Assembly (NCBI RefSeq): GCF_000143415.4 | Contig: NW_003314275.1 | Coordinates: forward strand, 372,001 to 436,000 | DNA from: Selaginella moellendorffii | Lineage: Eukaryota; Plantae; Lycopodiophyta | Length of the DNA: 64,000 nt | Direction of reading: 5' to 3' | Shown: positions 59,650 to 64,000 of the stretch, piece after piece | Numbering within the stretch: the stretch's first letter is position 1 | How the letters are laid out: each line of letters opens with the position of its first letter | Made by a program: the position numbers and the translations under genes | Notes under the pieces: model-generated | Database searches by the model: none | Seen by the model: only the letters and a program-made list of their open reading frames with translations | What the model was told of the DNA's origin: nothing

Positions 59650-62600
59650 ATATTTATATACTATATAAAGGTTTGGAAACCTTATTTTACAAGTGGGATA
59701 ATGACAATTCCCACTTTAACGAAATAGAGCTTTTTTGGGGAATATTGAGGTAGCTTCTTCACAAACTCTTGCAATAGAGGGTAGAAGGGGTTGAACCCTT
59801 TCCAACGAGCTCACCTACAGTTAAAATGGGGAAGGATCGAGACTAGAAGACTTATTTTTCTCTTTTGGGCTAAACTTTGTTAGGAGTTCCTTGGGAATGA
59901 AACAATCTTCAAGGAACAAGAGGTGGCGTAGAAAAAGGAATAGGAGGAGCAGGAATAGGAGTTGGTGTTAGAGCAGGCGCAAAAGTAGGAGCAAAAGCAG
60001 GGGATTACAGGTTACAGGTCCCTAGTTACTAGTTACTAGTTATCGGTCACCAGCTACTCCAGCGGCTACTCTAGCGGCTACCCTAGTGGCTACTTTGGCG
60101 GTTACCCTACGGGTCAATAGTTATATGCGCTTAAGGCCTACATCTCTATTTTCACCCTTATTCCTATTCGTCATAGATATTTTGGGCAACTTTGAGCAAC
60201 TTGAGCACTAGCCTACAGTCTTCTTGCTCCTATCAACCCAATTGCCTTGACCGGGCATTTGCAGTGTTTAGGGTATTTGATGCCGGTACAAACTAGACAT
60301 GTGAAAAATTGGCACCCTTTTACCATACCTCAAAGCCCTAAGGTATGGAGTAAACTTTTTAATATCCAAAGGCAACTTAGGTACGACACAGCACCTTCTC
60401 GGGTTGAGTCCTCTTCATCCTTGGTAGATTCCAGTGACTTAGATCTACGAACTATGGCGCAACCACCTTTAGCTTGACCTCAGCTCCATGTTTGGTAGAA
60501 GGGGAGTGATCTTCCAACCTTCTCAGGTGCTGGAACAGTCTCTCCAACATCGCATATCAGTCGCTTTGATTACTACTGCACCACAAACATGATCGTCGAC
60601 GATGATCGTATGTGCTGCAACTTTTTGGAGTCTCTCAAAGGCAAAGCAGCAACTTGGGTAGATTATCTCCTCCTAAAGGACCAGAAAGACTTCCAAACAC
60701 TACTTGCTTCTTTCAAGGAACATTTCATTGAATTAAAACCCACAAATCAGCTACTTGTCGACCTCTTTTCATTCCGGTAGGATGCTCACGAGTCTGTTCC
60801 TGACTACATCACTCAGTTTCAAGCATACTGGAAGTAGTGTTGGGATCGTAGAGTGGTCCAAGATGAGCAACAGGGGATCCCGGTATTCACAGCGGGTCTC
60901 CATGGGAACTTACAATTGAAACTTCTTAAGAAGATATTCAGGTCTTGCCGTGAGGCATTTTCATTTGCCACAAAGTTGGAAAGAGAGATTCTTGTCAACT
61001 TGGGGATTGCTAGAGTTGATTTCAACCAAGCCATCACCCCGTTAGAGTCACCTTGTGCAACTGTTCACGCGTCCGCACCAAAGCCCATCGCTATTGAGCA
61101 TACACCTCTGGCTCTTGAGAACTTTGCCAATGAGATGTAGCAGTTGAAGGAGATCATTCTTCAGCAATAATCACACTATAACAAACTGCTCTAGGAGCTG
61201 GTGGAGTCTAGGAAAGAGGCCGCTACAGCTTGGGAACGCAGATTTAAGTCCCGTTGGTGGACTCACTACGAGACGAACACACATAACACACAGTGCTGCT
61301 TCAAGCTTCACCCAGAGCTTCAGCCTCCACCTTCTCAACGTGTCCAACAACATCCCTTCGCTGATAATTCCACACAGCCTTGGAGTCCAGAGACATATCA
61401 GGAGCAATTGGAGCGACAAGCATATGAGGCAGCCCCTTCGTCTAGCAAAGGCAAGGCACCAGCCTCATCGGTCAACACAATTTTGGTAGCCGAGGAACTC
61501 TATAGGCAATAGTAGCAAATTTCAGCCACTCGAGCCCAAGCGAAGAAGAAGACACCCACTCAGCCTGCCATAGATCCCCTGGTGTCAGTTGAGAGTGAAT
61601 CTCTGTCAGCTCCAAATCCAGTGCCACAGAGGATGGCTTGTAATCTCCCCTTCAAGTCACTACTCTCTTCTCCTTCTGAGATCCCACCAACAGCTATTCT
61701 TGTTTCAGAGCTAGTTCTTCAACACCTGGTTGACACTCCCATCACCTTTTCACTTCTAGACATGTTGTGTCTTGTCCCAGGATTCGGCTAGCGTTTACAG
61801 GAGTTTGCATGGTCAGGAACACCAAAGAGCACTCTCAAGAGGACTCCTCAAGAGGTGCACATTGTCGACATGACACGATATGGTGGAGATCCTGGTCCAT
61901 TCTTCATCCCAGTGTAGATTGGTACTTCCTCTTGTAGGATGGATGCTTTGGTTGACTCCAGTTCTGGAAGCAATATTATCTTTCTCAAAGCTGCCTTTTC
62001 AACACAGCTACAAATCACTGAGAGCTCCTCCATCATGCTCAAGACCTTCGCCAACCACACCGTTCCCCCAGCGGGCATTTGCTGTGGTGTCAAGGTCTCA
62101 GTGCAGGGTGTTATTTCTAAAGTCAATTTCCTCGTGGTTGACTACCAACATTTTGGAACATCCTCTTTGAAGGACTCTATCATCTTGGGCCGCTCATGGC
62201 AAGTCACAGCCCATTGCACCATTGATAGCGCATAAGGCAAGATAGAAATTAGCAATGGAACCCATAGTGCCACCTTTCTCAACAACCATGGCAAAGCTCT
62301 TTCTCAACAAGCCAAGCAGGCTCTAACTAAGATGGTCTCCACACCACACGTCCCTCCTAAGCTCACAGAGGTTTTTCCTGAGTTGGTGGTGGAGTCGACC
62401 ATCTATATGGCAGATGCTTTCTCATGCAATGTGATTGACATGATTGGAGGTGAGTCAGATAGCTCGAGACATCTCTCAACTTCACTCTCTTTATTTGAGA
62501 GTAAGGCCAAGTCTCTAGCACACCCTCTTTATTTGATGGCGGGGCTTATAGGGTATGGGCTCCCATATCCAGCATTCGGAGTGTTTCTTGATAGAGGAAG

Positions 62601-64000
62601 GGCTTCTTAATTCGTTTCTTGCATGGGACCAATTCTCTTTTATGGAGCTTGATGACACAGTCACTCTAGACCAGACCCATCTTTCACAGGACATAGCCAA
62701 ACTCAATCCTCCTCAGCAACTATCTAACGTGTCACACAGCTTGCATCTTCCTACTAAAATCGTGGTAGCTGACGACTCCAAGTGTATTTTCTCATGCTGT
62801 TTCTTGGAGATGGAGGATGACATCTAGATACAGAACTGGCAGAAATAATCAAGCCAATCAGACGTGCTGCATGCAAGTTATAGCTCTTTGAGTTCAGAAT
62901 TTCCTACTGTGGAGCTTCCAGTACAAGTCTAAGTGTCTTACACTGAAACTTTAGTGCCAGACTTGGACTCGACTTTTGTGGAGGATCTTCCTTCACTTGC
63001 AGAGTACTTGGCTACAGTCCTTGCATTGGACATTGAGCTCTCAGAGCATCAGAAGCAAAAAGAACAACAGAAAAAGACTCTGGATCCAACAGCAACGTTC
63101 TTGCCTGACTTCCCAGAGACGGTCTTGCCAGATGTGGTGTCCCTAGCATCTTTATTTGAAGAAGAGGACACTCCTATGATTACGGCTTATTTTGACGTTG
63201 CTTTCTACCCCAAAAACCAGGTTGCCATCATTGGAGTTTGGATGATTGATTCCACAGAGAACAAAGTAGCCAACCTCTCTATCACTTTGCCAGCAACATC
63301 AGCTAATGAAGCAGAGTACTTGGCAGCTATCAGTGCCATGAAGTTGGCTACAGATCTCAAGTTTAAGAGAGTCACTTTCATTGGAGATGTGCAACTCATC
63401 ATACACCAACTTATTGGAGAATACCAAGTCTGCAAAGAGAACCTGAAAGAGCTATGGCAATAGGCGGTCAACCTGAAAGATGAGTTCTCTCAAGTGACTT
63501 TTCAAAGTGTCCCTTGTGAAGAAAACTTTTGGGCAGACAGGTTATCACATCAAGCAATCACCATGATGCGAGAGGCAAAAGGCACTCGCTGCTCTTTGGT
63601 TTCAGGTCAGAGAGGAATCTGAGATAGATGAGCCCCCTGAGCCCAAGGTTTCTCTAGACTCTAGGGTTCACGCTGTTTTCCTAGGAGATGACAAGAACCC
63701 GGTCTTTATTGCCACATCACTTGCTTCAACAAACGCAGCAAAGCTCTTGGATCTCCTCCATTGTTTCAAGGACGTGTTTGCTTGGGACTATAGCCAGCTT
63801 CTAGGAGTTCCCATGGACACAATCATGCATAGTATTGTGCTTTCAGAGTCAGCCAAACCAGTCTGTCAAAAGATGTGGCGTTTCAGCCTGGCAGCTCACT
63901 CAGAGATGAAGTTGGAGATTGAGCGACTTCTGGTAGCTGGCTTTATTTACCCTTTGTCAATGGGGTTTTAATTTATCCTCTATAAACCATAGAGTCCGAT
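59650..64000 (+). mobile_element. Degenerate Tat-like Gypsy retrotransposon (gag, PR, extra RNase H, start of RT); runs off the window end
   Basis: gag FLESLKGKAATW; protease ALVDSSSGSNII; RNase HI-like AYFDVA...SANEAEYLA...GDVQLIIHQLIGEY...ENFWADRLS; pre-RT FKDVFAWDYSQLLGVP. Confidence 0.85.

Overview
Eukaryotic plant DNA, most likely the lycophyte Selaginella (inferred from ~50-60 nt introns, very short intergenic spacers and GC-rich exons). Bases 1-23.2 kb form a compact gene island: an IDD C2H2 transcription factor, HCF107, a VFB/SKIP2-type F-box/LRR gene, zeta-carotene desaturase, AP-5 mu, SurE and a U-box/ARM E3 ligase. Bases 23.2-64 kb are a nested transposon block. It contains a young Gypsy element (425-bp LTRs, CTCCT target-site duplication, tRNA-Arg primer site), older LTR debris, a Tat-like element with an extra RNase H ahead of RT, and two large DNA transposons. 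Main observation: these two DNA transposons have unrelated transposases (MULE+SWIM type and Sola/DUF7869-like type) but the same layout. In each, the transposase lies head-to-head with a spliced gene encoding a ParB/Sulfiredoxin-fold domain. In element 1 this is followed by a beta-class N4C/N6A DNA-methyltransferase-like domain. In element 2 it is followed by a weak MTase-like remnant and an FCP1-like HAD phosphatase. Each element also carries its own palindrome with a 6-nt spacer: GATGTYGGTTC-N6-GAACYGACATC in element 1, and ATGGCRTG-N6-CAYGCCAT (~24 copies, enriched in introns) in element 2. My inference is a transposon-encoded ParB/parS-like self-recognition and epigenetic (possibly anti-silencing) system. 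Both copies here are pseudogenised. All domain calls are from motif recognition by eye, not database searches.
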